DNA of 64,000 bases from Gammaproteobacteria bacterium. GTDB taxonomy: Bacteria; Pseudomonadota; Gammaproteobacteria; Eutrophobiales; Eutrophobiaceae. The stretch is taken from contig OZ220696.1 of the NCBI GenBank assembly GCA_965116495.1, positions 1,728,001 through 1,792,000 on the forward strand. Direction: 5' to 3'. The notes beneath the pieces were generated by a model that saw nothing but the letters and a program-made list of their open reading frames with translations, was not told the origin of the DNA and made no database searches. Below are positions 63,264 to 64,000 of the stretch, in pieces (position 1 is the first letter of the stretch; the number at the start of each line of letters is the position of its first letter). A program made the position numbers and the translations under genes.

Positions 63264-64000
63264 TCAGGTATTTATTTCCGGAGTCAGGTTCTTCCTCGCC
63301 AGCCAGCGCCGTATGACGCCGTGCCGGTGCTTGTTGATCGGATAATTATACAGTAACGCCGCCCCGGCAATACCTATGATGGCAGGAAGGAAAACCCCGA
63401 CGAAAATAAGTCCCCGTATTGCCGCTTCGCTATTCTCACCCGTCGCCTGGAAACCGAACACGCTCAGCAACGGCAGGGCGATCCCCACTCCGCCGGCAAA
63501 GGCGACCTTTACCATGAAGTTATAAACCGCCATATATATCGCCGCATCGTCGCTCCCCCCTTTCATCATGCCATACTCGATGGTGTCCGCGATAAGTGCC
63601 GGCGGCATGACCCAGATGACCGAGATGATCGGTCCGTGCACAAGAGCGACCAGCAATAACTGCGAAAAGTCTCCAGGACTGACCAACAGGTACAGGGGTT
63701 GCACCGCCAGGTAGCCAAATCCGCCCCAGACAAGGGCCCGATGCCGGCCATAACGATTGCCGAATTTGACCCACAGCGGCAAACAGGCAATACCGATGAC
63801 ATATTGTATCAGTACAAATTTCAAAAACGCCGAACGAGGAAACTCCAATATATATTCGAAAGTGAATATGAGCGAAGCATTCATCACGCTACCGCCAAGC
63901 CAGAGAAAAAAGATGGCGATGATCAGGCGCAAAAACGGTCTGTTTCCCGACAACAGTTTCAAGGTGGATATCAACCCGTGTTTGCCGGATTCAACAAACG
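63264..64000 (-). CDS. MFS transporter, GPH/MelB-like family (3' part; start lies outside the window)
   Basis: Multiple TM helices, ALIADTIEY, C-terminal YPI...H; open to the window edge. Confidence 0.85.
   Translation of the reverse strand, partial: FVESGKHGLISTLKLLSGNRPFLRLIIAIFFLWLGGSVMNASLIFTFEYILEFPRSAFLKFVLIQYVIGIACLPLWVKFGNRYGRHRALVWGGFGYLAVQPLYLLVSPGDFSQLLLVALVHGPIISVIWVMPPALIADTIEYGMMKGGSDDAAIYMAVYNFMVKVAFAGGVGIALPLLSVFGFQATGENSEAAIRGLIFVGVFLPAIIGIAGAALLYNYPINKHRHGVIRRWLARKNLTPEINT

Overview
Gammaproteobacterial chromosomal window; the RpoB insertion is a lineage clue and the many gene relics suggest a host-associated organism (inference). 1-12.2 kb (minus strand): the conserved tRNA-Tyr/Gly/Thr-tuf-tRNA-Trp-secE-nusG-rplKAJL-rpoB-rpoC cluster, compacted so that there is no room for an L10 leader. 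12.3-15 kb: a Slam-like (type XI secretion) translocator with a lipoprotein cargo bearing an (EP)24 stalk and a TbpB-like barrel. 15-34 kb: aromatic amino acid catabolism (class III aminotransferase, group II decarboxylase, W/Mo-AOR, P450, MarR, hmgA, fahA-maiA-scoAB). It is split by a 7.8-kb insert (deleted kynU plus a type I R-M system retaining only a half-HsdS) bounded by an exact 24-bp direct repeat that is also the probable MarR operator. 34-44 kb: a defence/TA island (GmrSD, HsdS fragment, Fic, orphan BrnA, YefM-YoeB interrupted by an IS21 whose end creates a new in-frame ATG for the toxin, RHH plus PIN relic, AbiL/RloAB-like pair). 44-64 kb: mepA, GFA, VOC, an AraC-TonB-hydrolase-MOSC module, hppD with a second MarR, opine dehydrogenase, 3-hydroxyacyl-CoA dehydrogenase, cysC, a Cys-less thiolase plus DUF35, a TonB receptor, a tandem SnoaL protein and a partial MFS transporter. 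Four REP-like repeat families are scattered throughout. All family calls come from motif recognition by eye; no searches were run.
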